DNA of 45,598 nt from Myxococcota bacterium. Lineage in GTDB: Bacteria; Myxococcota_A; UBA796; CAJQPC01. The DNA is taken from the NCBI GenBank assembly GCA_036229005.1, contig JAZAMN010000045.1:1-45598 (forward strand), given 5' to 3'. Below are positions 44,241 to 45,598 of this stretch, piece by piece (positions within the stretch are counted from its first letter, which is position 1; each line of letters opens with the position of its first letter). The notes under the pieces are model-generated. The model searched no databases. It was not told the DNA's origin and was given only the letters and a program-made list of their open reading frames with translations. The translations under genes were made by a program, and so were the position numbers.

Positions 44241-45470
44241 GGAGTCGGGGGGCGGGCCGCGAGGGGGCTCAGGTCTCAGGTATCGGGTATCGGTCATCAC
44301 GCCGCTCCTGGTCCCGACGCCCCGCCCCACCCGTCCGTGGCCCGCGCGCAGCGCCGGGCCCTCGCCGAGATGTCTCCCCAAGTCGGCTGCCACCTCCATC
44401 GGAGCCCGCCACTGCGCCATCGCCGGTCTCCGGTCCCCGGTCGCCTGTCGCCGTGAGGGGTCTCAGGTCTCAGGTATCGGGTCTCAGTCATCACGCCGCG
44501 CCAGCCAGACCCGTCGTCTGTGGGCGGACCAGGACGTCCATCCGGGGACCGGTGGCTGTCGTGGCCCGCGGGCAGCGCCGGGCCCTCCCCGAGCCGCCCT
44601 CCAAGTCGGCTTCCACCCCCATCGGAGCCCGCCACCGCGCCATCGCCGGTCCCCGGTCGCCTGTCCCCGGTCGCCGCGAGGGGTCCAGGTCTCAGGTCTC
44701 AGGTCTCAGTCATCACGCCGCTCCTGGGCCCAGCCCACCGCCCACCCGCCTGTGGCCCGCGGGCAGCGCCGGGCCCTCGCCGAGCCGCCCCTCCAAGTCG
44801 GCTGCCACCCCCATCGGAGCAAGCCACCGCGCCATCGCCGGTCCCCGGTCGCCTGTCCCCGGTCGCCGCGAGGGGTCTCAGGTCTCAGGTATCGGGTCTC
44901 AGTCATCACGCCGCACTGGGCCCAGCCCACCGCCCACCCGCCTGTGGCCCGCGCGCAGCGCCGGGCCCTCCCCGAGACGTTTCCCCAAGTCGGCTGCCAC
45001 CCCCATCGGAGCCCGGCCCAACGTCATCGCCGGTCGCCTGTCCCCGGTCGCCTGTCGCCGCGAGGGGGCTCAGGTCTCAGGGTTCGGGTCTCAGTCATCA
45101 CGCTGTGCCATCCAGCGCCGTTGTCTCTAAGCCGGACCAGGATGTCCATCCGGGGACCGGCGGCTGTCGTGGCCCGCGCGCAGCGCCGGGCCCTCCCCGA
45201 GGCGCCCCTCAAGTCGGCTGCCACCCCCGCCGCGAGCCCGGCCCAACGTCATCGCCGGTCGCCTGTCCCCGGTCGCCTGTCGCCGCGAGGGGTCTCAGGT
45301 CTCAGTCATCACGCTGTGCCAGCCAGCGCCGTTGTCTCCAGGCCGGACCAGGACGTCCATCCGGGGACCGGTGGCTGTCGTGGCCCGCGCGCAGCGCCGG
45401 GCCCTCCCCGAGACGCTTCCCCAAGTCGGCTGCCACCTCCATCGGAGCCCGCCACAGCGCCATCGCCTAT
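44241..45470. repeat. Tandem array of six 192-224-bp units of the MITE/REP-like family
   Basis: AAGTCGGCT marker at 44380/44603/44795/44987/45211/45423; TCTCAGG/TATCGGG heptamers at the junctions. Confidence 0.93.
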
Positions 45471-45598
45471 GACTGTTTGGGTGGTTTTCCACCTGCACGC
45501 ACAGCACCCCATCACCTACAAGTCGCCCGCCCCGTTGAGGGCTAGGACCGGACCCGGGATGGGGTGCTGCTGTGGGCAAGAGGGCCTTAGTGATGCCT

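Noticed and set aside
43751..45579. ORFs across the terminal repeat array
   Set aside because: Pro/Arg/Ser-rich translations of repeats with inconsistent frames between units.

Overview
High-GC bacterial chromosome segment, most likely from a Myxococcota/deltaproteobacterial-type organism. This is inferred from MYXO-CTERM-like tails, DCDD/MopE-like metal-binding repeats, and a kinase-ATPase-TPR protein plus a wHTH-NB-ARC-TPR protein. About 29 credible genes: housekeeping (rpe, fmt, mutH), regulators (2 TetR, 2 LysR, 1 STAND), redox enzymes, many secreted/lipoproteins including two paralogous FG-GAP adhesin-like giants, and an RND efflux operon. No rRNA, tRNA, CRISPR-cas, integrase or transposase was seen. 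Best leads: (1) three intergenic loci of converging, inverted 31-bp-period arrays whose two boxes co-vary between arms; (2) an RND pump fused in frame to a TolC-like domain through an internal signal-peptide-like segment (possible self-processing polyprotein); (3) a protease plus propeptide-like gene pair bracketed by a 56-bp duplication of a MYXO-CTERM-coding 3' end; (4) a modular MITE/REP-like repeat family; (5) recurrent ultra-short, uncharged lipoprotein signal peptides; (6) MutH outside its usual lineage. All calls come from motif recognition by eye; no searches were run.
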